Assembly: GCA_013416795.1 (NCBI GenBank)
Contig: RQSC01000032.1
Location: 398,823-462,822 of the forward strand
Source: Prasinococcaceae sp. CCMP 1430
Taxonomy: Eukaryota > Plantae > Prasinodermophyta
DNA: 64,000 nucleotides
Direction: 5' to 3'
The translations under genes were made by a program, and so were the position numbers. Under the pieces are notes generated by a model. It did not search any database and was not told the origin of the DNA. It worked only from the letters and a program-made list of their open reading frames with translations. Shown here one piece after another: positions 41,529 through 53,088 of this stretch. The first letter of the stretch is position 1; every line of letters begins with the position of its first letter.

Positions 41529-43727
41529 TCATGCCCGGTCTTCTGCGGGCCTCGGCGGCGCAGGCGCACTTGGGAGCTGGGAGCCGACAGGGAGCCTCGA
41601 CACGGGCATCCCCATCGAGCTACCATGGCTGTACTGCGATGCACCTGCACCCGGGCCGAGCACGGGAGGCATACTTTGGTTCGCAGCGATGCCGTGCACA
41701 GCGAACCCGCTAGGCACCGGCCCGGGCGCGCCATACGAGGGCACGAAACCATCGTTTGCGTGGTAGTAAGGCGCCGTTTGTGCACCACTGTCTGCCGGCC
41801 CGCTGCGCGCTTCCGTGCGGCCCATGCCCGCAGCACCTCCAGTATAGCCAGATGCCGGCGCCTGCAATCCTGTGCCAGCGGCCTCGAAAGCAGACCCCAC
41901 GCCGGTGCAGGCCTGCGTCGTGGGCAGCGCGATGTTGAGCGACGCCAGCCGAGGCCCTGATCCGAAGAGCGAGCCGGCGTTGACCGAGCCGCCCTGCATG
42001 AGCGCCGACGCGTACTCATTGAAGCCGACCCGCCTCTGCGCGAGCCGCGCCATGGCCGCCTCCTTGTTGCGCCGGACACGCTCACGCTGCTCGGGGCTGA
42101 GCGGCCGCTCCCATCCTCGCTGCTCCTCAGGAGGCCGTGTCTGCGCATGCGGCCGCCCCGGCTGAGGCCCCGGCTGCTGGCACAGCGGAGGCTGAGACAC
42201 GGGCAGCTGCGACTGATGTTGCCGTAAGAGCATAGCTTTGGCCTTGCGCCTGAGAGCCTCTTGCCGGTTTCGCTCAATGCGTTCCCTCTGCTCGTCGGTC
42301 AGCTGCGACCCGCTCTCCATGTCCTCGCGTCCTCGCTTATCGCCGACGCTGGCTGCAGCAGTGCTGTTGCCGGTGCCGGTGGCCTGCTGGCCAGACGGCT
42401 GCGGGCCCGACAGCGTGCGCGCCGCAGCGTCATCCCCCTCGTCGCTGCTGAGCTCGACGACCTCCACCGCGCCGGCTGCCCCCTGCAGCTGAGCGCCAGC
42501 GTTTGCACACCCCGGCGCCTGCACGAGCTGCGGGCGCGAGCCGCCGAGCGCCACGAGCAGGTTGGCGGCGTCACTTGACAGCTGGTCAGACCCCCCGGTC
42601 AGCTGCACCACGCCCGTCGCCATCTTCTGCATCTCTGCCGAGCGCAGGTCGGCGCCCACTGCGCCCGACCGCGCGAAGTCTGCTGCGGAGGCGGCGAACG
42701 GGTGGCCGCCGCGAGCCCCCATCGCCGAGCGCTGCCGCTGTGCATCCGCGAGCGCGGCGCCGATAGCCGCGTTGGCAGCCACCGCGGCCACGTGCGGGCC
42801 AGGGAGAGTTGCAGGCGCGCGCGCGGGCACGGGGCGCACCATAGCGACCACGTCTGCTCCGGGCGTAGGCGTGCCGAAGGCGGTGTCGCTTTGCGCCAGC
42901 GACGCCGTGCATAGTTGACGCCGCATAGTCAACCCCGCGCTCGGCTGCGCCGGGGCGCCTGGGTGCAGCTTTGGTAGCTTGATGCTCAGATTGGCGCCGA
43001 TGCGTCGCTTGCCGAATCGCACGCGGTCGGTGGGCACCGCAGGCAGTGCCGAGAGCGCACGCGCCTCAACGCGCGGTGACGGCGGCTTGGCCTGCTGCTC
43101 CTTCCCTTGCTCCTTTCCTTGCTCCTGCTCCTCCTGCTTCTCCTGCTGGTGCCCTTGCTCTTGCTGTTCTCGCTGCTGCCCTTGCTGCCCCTCTTGTTGC
43201 TTTCCACCGTCGTCCTCATCGTCGCTGTCAGACAACAGAATGACCTCCTCCTGTTTGCCACCGCCTCCGCCACCTCTCCCGCCTCCGCCACCACCCTCAT
43301 CGTCCGAATCGTCGAGCTGCGGTGTCCACTTGAGGTCTCTGCTGATGGTGACGGTCTCGCACTCCTCTGGCGCTGCTGCGAGTAGCCGCAGCACGACCTC
43401 GTCAACGCGCAGCGTTTTGACAGGGGCGTTGCAGATGGGGCACACGGGCGTGACCTCGGCAGCGGTGCCGCCCTTGCGCAAGCGCAGCGAGACCTTCTGC
43501 TCGAGCACCGAGAAAAAGGTGTTGCGGTCAAAGCAGTCGACGTGCTTGCAGCGGTCGCCGCGGCACGGCACGCTGAGCCGCACGCCGCCCGCAGGGCACA
43601 TGAGCTTCAGCGGCACCGACTCGACGACGACACCGTCGCGGTCGAGGTCGGCCGCGCGCGCGCCGCCGTGCAACCGCCGGCGCAGCGCGGCGAGCGCGTT
43701 GCGGAACGCCACCAGCTCGGTGCCCAC
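41529..43727 (-). CDS. SP-RING (MIZ) zinc-finger protein, SIZ/PIAS-like SUMO E3 candidate; start unresolved
   Basis: LMCPAGGVRLSVPCRGDRCKHVDCFD...VCPICN...LRVD; SIM-like VILLSDSDDED and VVELSSDEGDD. Confidence 0.8.
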   Translation of the reverse strand: MGTELVAFRNALAALRRRLHGGARAADLDRDGVVVESVPLKLMCPAGGVRLSVPCRGDRCKHVDCFDRNTFFSVLEQKVSLRLRKGGTAAEVTPVCPICNAPVKTLRVDEVVLRLLAAAPEECETVTISRDLKWTPQLDDSDDEGGGGGGRGGGGGGKQEEVILLSDSDDEDDGGKQQEGQQGQQREQQEQGHQQEKQEEQEQGKEQGKEQQAKPPSPRVEARALSALPAVPTDRVRFGKRRIGANLSIKLPKLHPGAPAQPSAGLTMRRQLCTASLAQSDTAFGTPTPGADVVAMVRPVPARAPATLPGPHVAAVAANAAIGAALADAQRQRSAMGARGGHPFAASAADFARSGAVGADLRSAEMQKMATGVVQLTGGSDQLSSDAANLLVALGGSRPQLVQAPGCANAGAQLQGAAGAVEVVELSSDEGDDAAARTLSGPQPSGQQATGTGNSTAAASVGDKRGREDMESGSQLTDEQRERIERNRQEALRRKAKAMLLRQHQSQLPVSQPPLCQQPGPQPGRPHAQTRPPEEQRGWERPLSPEQRERVRRNKEAAMARLAQRRVGFNEYASALMQGGSVNAGSLFGSGPRLASLNIALPTTQACTGVGSAFEAAGTGLQAPASGYTGGAAGMGRTEARSGPADSGAQTAPYYHANDGFVPSYGAPGPVPSGFAVHGIAANQSMPPVLGPGAGASQYSHGSSMGMPVSRLPVGSQLPSAPAPPRPAEDRA

Positions 43728-44048
43728 CTCAGCAGCGAGCGGCGTCCCCCCTCCCGGCCGTCCCTGCCCGGGGCGCGCGTGTGGCGCACCTGCGCGGCGG
43801 CCAGCCGCCGCCGCAAGATCACGCTCCTGCCAGAGCGGGCGCCAAACCCGAACCGAACCCGGGTACTCCCGCGACGACCACGGAATATGTGCGCACGAGG
43901 AGTCGAATAATGAACCGGATTTACCCGGTCAGTCCACAGGCGCATTCTGGGTCAGGGCGAGCACATCCGCACGCTGCCACAGCGCGTGCCGGGTCGGGGT
44001 CGGGGTGGGGTGTGAGAGAGAGGGGGAGGGGGGGGGGGGGGGGGGGGG

Positions 44049-45130
44049 ATGGCGTCGGCGGCGGCGGCGCGCGTGCTGGGCGCGTCCGAGCGCGAGGCGT
44101 CGCTGCGCGCGTACGGCGCGCGGCTGGCGCTCGAGGCGTGCCTGCTGCTGCGGCTGCCGCACGCGGCGGCGGTGACGGCGTGCGTGCTCTTCCAGGCGCT
44201 GGTCGACCGGCGGCCGGCGCCTGCTGATAGGCCGCTGGTGCCAGCTGCCGACGAGCGCGTCGCTGCATGCGTGTGGCTCGCTGCCAAGCTCGAGGAGGCG
44301 CCGCGTCCCGCGCGCTCCGTCGTTTCCGTTTTTGAGCGGCTGCGGCAGCGCCGGGCCTCCGCATGCAAGCCCGTCCCGCTCGACTACTCAACAGTCGAGT
44401 ACGATCGCCTGCGCGCCGCGCTTGTGAGGACCGAGCGCATGCTGCTCGACGAGTTCGGCTTCATGGTGGTGCGTGGCGTACGCGCGCGCGTGCGCGTGCG
44501 AGCGCGCGTGCGAGCGCGCGTGCGAGCGTCCCGCCCGGTCCCGTCCCTTTTTCGCTGACGCGGTAGGTGCGACCGCGCGTGCTTCTTGGCCGTGCAGGAA
44601 GTGGAACATCCCCACAAGCTCGTGCTGTCGATCGCACAGCTGCTGGGCTTCCGCGCGGGCGCGGACTCGGGACTCATGCAGTGTGCCTGGTCGCTGGCCA
44701 ACGATGCGCTGCGCACGCGGCTGTGCGTCGCCGCGCCTGCCACTGTCGTCGCTGTCGCTGCCATCGCGCTCGCTGCGCGCACGGTGGGCGTCTCGCTCCC
44801 AAGCGAGGCGCAGGGGGCACCGTGGTGGGAGGCGTTCCAGTGTAGCCGCGACCAGATGCTTGGCGCTATGCGTACAATCCAGGCCGTGTACGACAGCCCG
44901 CCCGTAGCGTATGACCTGGTCGAGGAGCAGCTGAGAAGACAAGAAGAGGCGGCCAACGCGCGGGAGCACGCGCAGCATCGGCATCACGAGCAGCAGCAGC
45001 AGCAGCAGGCGGCGGAGGAGGCACGCGCGCGTGCGCAGGCGATCGCGCGCCGAGCATCCGCGCCGACAGCTCCCGCGAGCCGGCCTGCGCCCGCCGGCAC
45101 AGGCGCGGCAGCCAAGGCGGCGGCGGCAGC
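44049..45130 (+). CDS. Cyclin L-like; exons 44049-44468 and 44598 to the gap
   Basis: E..LRAYGA.L...AC.LLRLP.AA.VTACVLF, WLAAKLEEAPR, ERMLL.EFGF.V|EVEHPHK, AWSLAND.LRT.LCV, PWWEAF. Confidence 0.85.
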
Positions 45131-46160
45131 NNNNNNNNNNNNNNNNNNNNNNNNNNNNNNNNNNNNNNNNNNNNNNNNNNNNNNNNNNNNNNNNNNNNNN
45201 NNNNNNNNNNNNNNNNNNNNNNNNNNNNNNNNNNNNNNNNNNNNNNNNNNNNNNNNNNNNNNNNNNNNNNNNNNNNNNNNNNNNNNNNNNNNNNNNNNNN
45301 NNNNNNNNNNNNNNNNNNNNNNNNNNNNNNNNNNNNNNNNNNNNNNNNNNNNNNNNNNNNNNNNNNNNNNNNNNNNNNNNNNNNNNNNNNNNNNNNNNNN
45401 NNNNNNNNNNNNNNNNNNNNNNNNNNNNNNNNNNNNNNNNNNNNNNNNNNNNNNNNNNNNNNNNNNNNNNNNNNNNNNNNNNNNNNNNNNNNNNNNNNNN
45501 NNNNNNNNNNNNNNNNNNNNNNNNNNNNNNNNNNNNNNNNNNNNNNNNNNNNNNNNNNNNNNNNNNNNNNNNNNNNNNNNNNNNNNNNNNNNNNNNNNNN
45601 NNNNNNNNNNNNNNNNNNNNNNNNNNNNNNNNNNNNNNNNNNNNNNNNNNNNNNNNNNNNNNNNNNNNNNNNNNNNNNNNNNNNNNNNNNNNNNNNNNNN
45701 NNNNNNNNNNNNNNNNNNNNNNNNNNNNNNNNNNNNNNNNNNNNNNNNNNNNNNNNNNNNNNNNNNNNNNNNNNNNNNNNNNNNNNNNNNNNNNNNNNNN
45801 NNNNNNNNNNNNNNNNNNNNNNNNNNNNNNNNNNNNNNNNNNNNNNNNNNNNNNNNNNNNNNNNNNNNNNNNNNNNNNNNNNNNNNNNNNNNNNNNNNNN
45901 NNNNNNNNNNNNNNNNNNNNNNNNNNNNNNNNNNNNNNNNNNNNNNNNNNNNNNNNNNNNNNNNNNNNNNNNNNNNNNNNNNNNNNNNNNNNNNNNNNNN
46001 NNNNNNNNNNNNNNNNNNNNNNNNNNNNNNNNNNNNNNNNNNNNNNNNNNNNNNNNNNNNNNNGAGCCCAGCTGCCCGCCCGCGCACGCGCCGTCGCCGC
46101 GGCGCGCCTGCGGCTCGCCCGCTCCGCGCGGAAACGCGCCCCACGGGGCGTGCGCTCGCG

Positions 46161-49100
46161 ATGAGTTCGTACAGTGACGACAGCTTTGAGGACGAGGTCG
46201 CGAGCGCGCTGGACGAGAGCGTCGACGGCAGCGCCGAATCTCTCGCGGCGTCGCTCCACTCGCTCGCCGAGTCGCTCGCTGAGTCCTACTACGATGACGA
46301 TGACTTCGAGGAGGTGGAGGAGTACGCGGCAGGCCCCATGGGGGCCAGCAGCGTCGCCGGTGCGCCCTCCGCGTCGATTCAAGCTGTCGCCCCGCGGGTG
46401 GAGGCGCTGCGCGCGTCCACGGGCGATGGCTCGGGCGCGGAGCAAGCGACGGCCGAGGCGGTGTCGGAGGCCTTCGAGTCCGTGATGGGCGACGCGGCGC
46501 TCGTCAGCGACGTTGAGCGCCACACGCGCCTCGAGCAGACGCTTGCGGTGCTTCAGGGGAAGCTCGGGCTCAGCGACGCCGCATTGAGCGCCGCGCTGTG
46601 CCCCGCGCACCTCGGCGTACGCATGCGGCTTGCGCGCGCGCCCAAGGCGGCGAGGGCGGCCGAGGCTGCGCGCAAGGGAGCGGCCTCGGCGGCGAGGAGG
46701 GGCAAAACTGAGGCGACGCGCAAGCACGCGCGCATCAAGCGCGCCTTTGCCGCGGCCGCCGCGGAGGCGCACGACCCAGTGGCTGCGGCAGAGGCGCTCA
46801 AACAAGGGCTGGCCAACGCCCGGCGCGAGCTCGGGGGGCTCAGCGAGCAGCAGCTGGCCGCACAGCTCACGCCGGAGCAGGCGGCGCTGCGCGAGCGAAT
46901 TCGCGCCGCGGCGCTCTCCGCGCGCAAGGCACTGGTGGCGCACAACACGGCGGCGCGCGCCCAGCAAGTCGTGTCAACCAACCGCGCAAAGGCACGCAAG
47001 CCCATCGAGAAGGCCTTCAGGGCTGCGGCCGCGCTGCCGGAGGGCACCCCGGCGTCGGAGCGAAGCGCAGCGCTCGAGCGCGCGCTGCGCGAGGCGCGCG
47101 CCGTCCTCAACCAGGGAGCGGAGGAGTTTGCGCTCGCCCTGCCGCCCCCGCTGCGAGCGCTGCGCGCCGAGCTGCGGGCCACCGCGCGCGCGGAGAGGCT
47201 CGCGGTCGCGCGCGCCGCGCTGGATGCTTGCGAAGGCTTCGGCGCGCGGCCTGGCGGCCCCATGGCAACATCGCGCGCGATCAGTGCGGCGGTGGATAAA
47301 GCGCTCGTGGCGCTGCCGAAGCAGCTCGGCTTGGAACCCTCCAGGCTTGCCGCGTTGCTCGAGGCAGACAAGGGGCTCCTACCAAGCATCGCGGGCGCAC
47401 CACCACCGGAACGATCGCCGCTGGCCCAGGGCGCCGGGGCGCCGCTCGCGACGTACGATCTGGAGATAGTCACCAGCGACGTGGCCGGCGCGGGAACCGA
47501 CGGAGCAGTGTCGGTCGACTTGGTGGGCGAGGGTGGCGCGCGCACTGGGGCGACCGTGCTGCCGGCGGACGCGAGCGGCGCCTTCGCGCGCGGCGCGGTG
47601 GCGAGCTTCATGGTCGAGGCACCCGATGTGGGCGAGCTGGTCGCCGCTGAGGTCGGACTGCAGGGCGCTGGCTCGCGCTGGCGATGCTCAGAGCTCAGCG
47701 TGGCGGCGGCAGCGTCGGGCGATCGCGTGCGCTTTGAATGCGGGCGGTGGCTCAGGGGCAGCGGCGACGATGATCGAAACGCGCGCACAGAAACGGCGGA
47801 TAGCGAGCCGAGTAGCGTGACGCTGCAGGCGGCGCTGCCCGCGCGCACGCACCCGCTGCGCGTGGCTTTACAAACAGCCGATGTTGAGGGCGTGGCGTTG
47901 CAGCGGAGCGAGGGCCACAGTTTGTGGATCGAGATGCTCTACGGCGCCTCCCACGTGCCCGGCAGGCGCTTCAACCTGACATCGATGACGCCGACTTCCA
48001 TGAGCGACGGCACGACGGGCGGAGAGGGTACGACGGATGCCGCCGCACCGCTTGCTCGCGGTACGCGCTGCGCGTACGACCTTCTCGACGCGCCCGCGGG
48101 CGAGCTTGTCGCAGTGCGCATGGGGGTTACGACGGCGCAGGTGACGTCACCGATGCCAGTGCGATACTGCCCGCAGCTGGTGGAGGTGACCGACCCCCAG
48201 ACGCTCGGGCAGGTAGCATTCGTTTGCGACTCGTGGCTCGAGAAGGGCGCAGCAGACGAGACGGGCGCCGGACTGTCCGAAGCCACCTTCGCGCGTGCGG
48301 CAGCGCCCGCGCGAAGGAGACGGCTCGTGAAGGTGGTGGTGCACATCTCTGCGCATGCGAGCTCCGGTGGCGACTCCAACCTCTCGCTCGAGCTCAGCGG
48401 TCCTGCAGCGTCGAGCAAGCCCACGCTCCTGTCGTTCCCAGCTGGCCACGACGGAAAGTACAAGCCGGGGCGCGCACACGTCTTCATTGTGGAGATGGGC
48501 AGCTGGGGCCCGTCGTTTCGAGCGGCGACGCTCAGCAGCGACTGCGCGGGCTTCGATCCCGACCTGCACGTCAAAGCTGTTGAGGTGAGTGACCTATGCC
48601 CCGGCGAAGGCGTGGAAATGGCCGACGCGGTCTTCGTTGTTGACTCGTGGCTGTCGGCCACGCGAGGTGAATGCTTCGCCAGCCGTGAGCTCGTGCCCGT
48701 AGACGATGCGCAGCGTGCAATGGCCGTGCTCCGCAGCGAGGATTCCGCCGTGCAAGTGGCGGCGCACGGCAGCGCGGGTGCAAGCGCTAATGCAGGCGCT
48801 CATGTCGGTGACAGAGTTCACGCGAGTGTGATGCCCATCAAGGCTGGGATGATCAACGTCATGGAGGTGGGTGCGCGCGCGGTGTGTGCATGCACGCGCG
48901 CATCTACTAGCTCGTCCATGCCTGGTTTGGCATGCGTAGGCGCATGCGACGCGTCGCCGCATGCTCGCAGACTGACCCTGAGCCTCGCGTCATGGCGTGC
49001 GGACGGGCCCACTCACACACATGCCCCAGCTGCGCGATGAGCTCCAGCAATCAGTGGATCGCGGCGCGCCACCTGACGGCACCTCGCGACGCCTGGCGGC

Positions 49101-49596
49101 GCTCGAGGTGGCATTTGCACACGTGGCGCGCTCCTACGGACTGACTGCTGCAGAGTGCGAACACGCGGCCGACGGCGCTCAGACTGCCGAGCTCTTCGCA
49201 CTACGCGCGCTCGCACCCATCACCGCGAGGTTGGAGCGCATTGATGCGAGCGCCACTCACGAGGAATCCGTCCTGGTGGCGCGCTGCTTTCGGGCGGGCG
49301 AGGCGGCGATGGAGGCGGCGCTCATGATGTGCAACTCGCGGCCTGCAAAAAAGCGGCACGAAGCATTCAGCGCGGCGCTCAAAGATGCACGCACAGTGCT
49401 CGGCGTGACTGCCGCACAGCTGCGGTCCGCGATGAGCCTGCGACAGCGAAGCATCGCTCAAGCGTGGGCGGGACAGGCCGACACTGAGCAACGCGACTGC
49501 CTGGTGCGCGCACAGCGTGCGCGCGGCGCGCGCGGAGTCCAACCAGCCCTGCGCAAGCCTGGCGCGCCCAGAAAAGAGGTGCTCCTGGAACTCTAG
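46161..49596 (+). CDS. Protein with three PLAT/LH2-like domains flanked by helical repeats; exons 46161-48866 and 49030-49596
   Basis: YDLEIVTSDVAGAGTDGAVSVDLVG...FARG...F.VEAPDVGEL...FECGRWL plus two more degenerate PLATs (FVCDSWL, FVVDSWL). Confidence 0.75.
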
Positions 49597-49692
49597 TGGA
49601 GCACGGCGCATGCAGTAATGAACATCTAATAGCTCGCACGGGATGTCCTTGTACCATAAGATTAAGCTTTCTCGTGTGCGGGTGGAGTTTGA

Positions 49693-51684
49693 TTAGGTCT
49701 CCATCGACATACCCTCGGCCTTGAGGGCCGCGCTAAGCTCCTTCGATTTCTGCTCGTGACGCCTCTTCTTCATCGCCTTGTTGTAGCCCGGGGTGAAGCG
49801 CGCGAGCTTGAGAGCGCGGCGCAGGCGACGACCGACAGGCCTCGCGGTGGGCGTGCGCTCTTGCTTCGTGTCGGTCGACGGGGTCGTGGGCGTGGTCGAA
49901 TCCATGGAGACTGCTCCGCTGGCGGTCTCCGCGAAGAGCTCGGACACTGGCATGTATTCCAGACGCTCGAGCGTCTTCACGATATCGTCGAATGAGGGGC
50001 GGTCAGCAGGAAGCTGCGACCAACACGACTTCATCAGCGCGACTAGCTTCGTAGGCATCGACTGCGGAAGACGCGGGCGCATGCCATATCGGGTCACGCC
50101 TAGAGCGACCTCAGCCGGAGTGAGACCAGCAAAAGGCTTGGCTCCACACCACAGCTCCCACATGACCAGGGAGTATTGATACGTGTCTGCAGCCTCGCCA
50201 CCACCCGTTCGCTCGATCACCTCGGGCGCTGCGGTGGCATAACCCGCGAGCTGCGCCTCTACGGCGCGCATGCCCGCCAGTGCCTCGCGCGCCTCCGCCA
50301 GCCCGGCGAATGCAACCTTGCACATCGTCTCGGGAGCCTGAGTGGCGTCGTTGCCGCAGCAGGCAGCAACCACTGCCGTCGCGTTGAGGTGTTGGTGCAT
50401 GACGCCATGTTGGTGCAGATGCGCCATTCCGCGGGCGATGTCCAGGCACATGCGGACGTACAGCCAGACATCGGAGAAGGAGCCGCTCTTGCATCCGTCC
50501 TCAAAGCCCGAGCTCGCCATGGAATTCACGCGCTGGGTCACCACGCCGCCCATTTCTGCGCGCTCCGGACGTAGCACATTCACGTGACCCGGCACCTCAC
50601 GGAGCGCCACAACGGCCTGTTCGAGCTTGTCTGCGCTGGCAGAGCTGTCCATCACGCCGTCTCCGACGAATGTAACGAGCGTCGCTGGCTTGTCGCCGAC
50701 TGTGGCGTCGTAGGCCTGCAGCAACCCCTCTGTGGACACCAGCTCGCCTCTGGTGAGAATCGCCTCTGGCTCGAAGATTTCCTTGTCCTCGAGCTCGAGC
50801 AGGACCTTCCTCTGGGCGACGAAGGGCGAGCACGCAGACTCATCAATCGCCGCGATGGAGTTCTCGGCCGTGCCCACGGGCGTGGTGTCGACGCTCTTCG
50901 CGGGTGTGTACTCCTTTACCTCCACGAGGTCTTCGGAGAAGGCGATCGAGCGGCACGCGTTACCTCGCACCTCAGTCACGCCGCTGGCGACGGCGTCGGC
51001 CACAGCCACGAATCGAGCGGCCACATTGCTAGGAGCCGTGGATGTCGTGTCAACTTGAGCCTGAACCTCGGCCGGCTCAGCCATTGCCTCCTTCACTGCG
51101 GGCGATGACTCGGGTGTGTGGAAGACAGCGCCTGGCGTAGCGTACACGCTCTTGCAGGTGCTCGGCGGGATCAGGTGGGCCGACGGCGACATGAAGGGCG
51201 TGGCGCACTCTTTCTGCGCCTCGCATTCGATGGCTTTCTCTGGCGTCACCGTTGCGTCATCGGCGACGAGCTCGACGGTCTCAGTCAGGACGGCGGCTGC
51301 GGCCTCGTCCGCAGTCCCCACCTGGTCCTCGGCCTCGTCATCGCTCGCAGCGACAGCGTGGGCTTTCTCCTCGGAGGGCGAGATATTGGCTGCGGGCTGC
51401 ACGGGAGCGGCGCCCTTCTCCTCGATGACGGCGACATCCGGCACCACCTGATCTGCGTCGATCTGATGCCCGATTGCGGTAGCCGCGGCCACCTTCCCGG
51501 TGCCGTCCTCCTCGGCGGCGACAAACGCGAGCGCGCGCGGCTTGTTGGCCGCCTCGGCCGCGCGCCCGCGCTTCGCGCGCGCCTCGCTGGCCGCCGCGTT
51601 CTCGATGGGCGAGAGCACCGCGGGCTTCTTCGCGCCGCAGCCGAAGAGGCAGAGCCCCCGCCTCGGCGCGCGCGCCGACGCCAT
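49693..51684 (-). CDS. TKL/Raf-like kinase-fold protein with degenerate catalytic motifs (pseudokinase)
   Basis: HVNVL, DIARGMAHLH, APEVI, ADTYQY..V.WELW....PF, RPRLP...P..L..LMKSCW..LPADRPSF; HRD reads HQH and DFG reads FAG. Confidence 0.85.
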   Translation of the reverse strand: MASARAPRRGLCLFGCGAKKPAVLSPIENAAASEARAKRGRAAEAANKPRALAFVAAEEDGTGKVAAATAIGHQIDADQVVPDVAVIEEKGAAPVQPAANISPSEEKAHAVAASDDEAEDQVGTADEAAAAVLTETVELVADDATVTPEKAIECEAQKECATPFMSPSAHLIPPSTCKSVYATPGAVFHTPESSPAVKEAMAEPAEVQAQVDTTSTAPSNVAARFVAVADAVASGVTEVRGNACRSIAFSEDLVEVKEYTPAKSVDTTPVGTAENSIAAIDESACSPFVAQRKVLLELEDKEIFEPEAILTRGELVSTEGLLQAYDATVGDKPATLVTFVGDGVMDSSASADKLEQAVVALREVPGHVNVLRPERAEMGGVVTQRVNSMASSGFEDGCKSGSFSDVWLYVRMCLDIARGMAHLHQHGVMHQHLNATAVVAACCGNDATQAPETMCKVAFAGLAEAREALAGMRAVEAQLAGYATAAPEVIERTGGGEAADTYQYSLVMWELWCGAKPFAGLTPAEVALGVTRYGMRPRLPQSMPTKLVALMKSCWSQLPADRPSFDDIVKTLERLEYMPVSELFAETASGAVSMDSTTPTTPSTDTKQERTPTARPVGRRLRRALKLARFTPGYNKAMKKRRHEQKSKELSAALKAEGMSMET

Positions 51685-52209
51685 CGCCGCCTCCGCCGCC
51701 TCCGCCGCCGCTGTCGCTCGGAGGGGGAGGGCGAGCGGCCTGTGGCGCCGCCCCCGCGCGCCCCCGCCACATTGTCGCCGTCGCCCGCCTCCCCCCCCCG
51801 AAGCCCACAACGGTCGTAACGGCCATCGCCAACACCACGAAATACATCATTACAAAGAACGTATATAAAACCCACGGGAAAGATACGTTGTTGATTCGCA
51901 TTTCGCGCGCGCGGCGACGACCCGCGCGCGCGGCCGCCCCCGCCCGAAAAAGGTGACGTTTGGCCATTCGGCGCCGCCTCCCTTCGTTTTGACGAGGCGA
52001 GTCAAAAAGAAGGCGACGCGTCGGTCCGTCGAATGCATTCGGCGATTTCGCGTTCGCCTGCGTTTTGACGGGGGAATTGCGACAGGCAAAGGCAGCGCGC
52101 CCAACGGCTCGAAAAAGCAACGGCAAAAAAAAGACGAAAAGGAACGGGAAAGCGAGGCGTGGTGGGACGGCGGCGCGCGCGTCGCGAAAGGCTCCTCGCG
52201 GGGCTCGTT

Positions 52210-52580
52210 TGCAGGTCATGCGGTCCTGAGCGGCCCGTTGCTCAGCTTGCAACTCCTGCCTTCGCTAGTGCTCCTGCCACAGCTCGTGTTGCTCCTCATG
52301 GAGCTTTTGCAATGCGCGCTCAGCCTCTGAATCGCTCAAAGCCGCGTCCAACAGCGGAACGCCTCGGAGTCGTCCGGGGAGTGGTCGTCAATCGGGGATG
52401 CGGCACGCCGCGCATTCTATTGGCGTCGGCGTGGCGCTCGCGCTCCGCCTCGAGCGCGGCCTGCGCTAACTCGGCCGCGTCGGCGTGGTGCTTGCTCTGC
52501 TTGCGCTCCGCCTCCACGTGTACGGCAACGTCTGCTGTAGCCCTACACAGCGTTGCAAGAGCGACGGCGTGTCCTGGATG
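52210..52580 (-). pseudogene. Decayed coiled-coil coding fragment (gene or TE relic)
   Basis: EAERKQSKHHADAAELAQAALEAERERH, then in another frame SEAERALQKLHEEQHELWQEH*RRQELQAEQRAAQD with an in-frame TAG at 52267-52265. Confidence 0.45.
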
Positions 52581-53088
52581 AAGCACTTGTGGCATTGGTG
52601 GTGGGCGCCCATGGACGCCTTCTCGGCCTAGGTGAGGCGGCGGACTAGATGGTCGCGCTAGGCCTTGGCCAAGTCTGGCAGGAGGCGTGTGGGTACGGGG
52701 TCGGCCGTCCTCCAGCCTAGTGGCGGGGCGCCGACCGGCTCGCACATGTCGAGCCAGTGGCCCCGGAGCTCCCCGGAGCTGCACGGAGGGCTTAGAGACG
52801 AGGCAGACCGGGCAGTGGCATGGGCCCGGGGGGGCATGGGAGACAGGACCCGCCACCTCAGGGGAGCAGGCCGCGGGGCCTCTCAGCAAAGCCCATGCAG
52901 GGCCCGAGCTATTGTACTGCTTGTGCCAAATTAAATAGAGGGTTTGTATCTGTTTCACCGCCAATCGTGCTGCGGTCGTTTTGTTTGGGGTTTGCGGTGG
53001 GGCCCCTCCGCGGCGCCACACCGCGCGCGCCGTCTGGTACCCCATCCCCTCCTCCTCCCCTTTCGTTCCTCCATCGCCGCCCCGACAG

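Noticed and set aside
44586-49040. Apparent cyclin L-PLAT fusion of 1484 aa
   Set aside because: The ORF is read through a 933-N gap; these are two separate genes.
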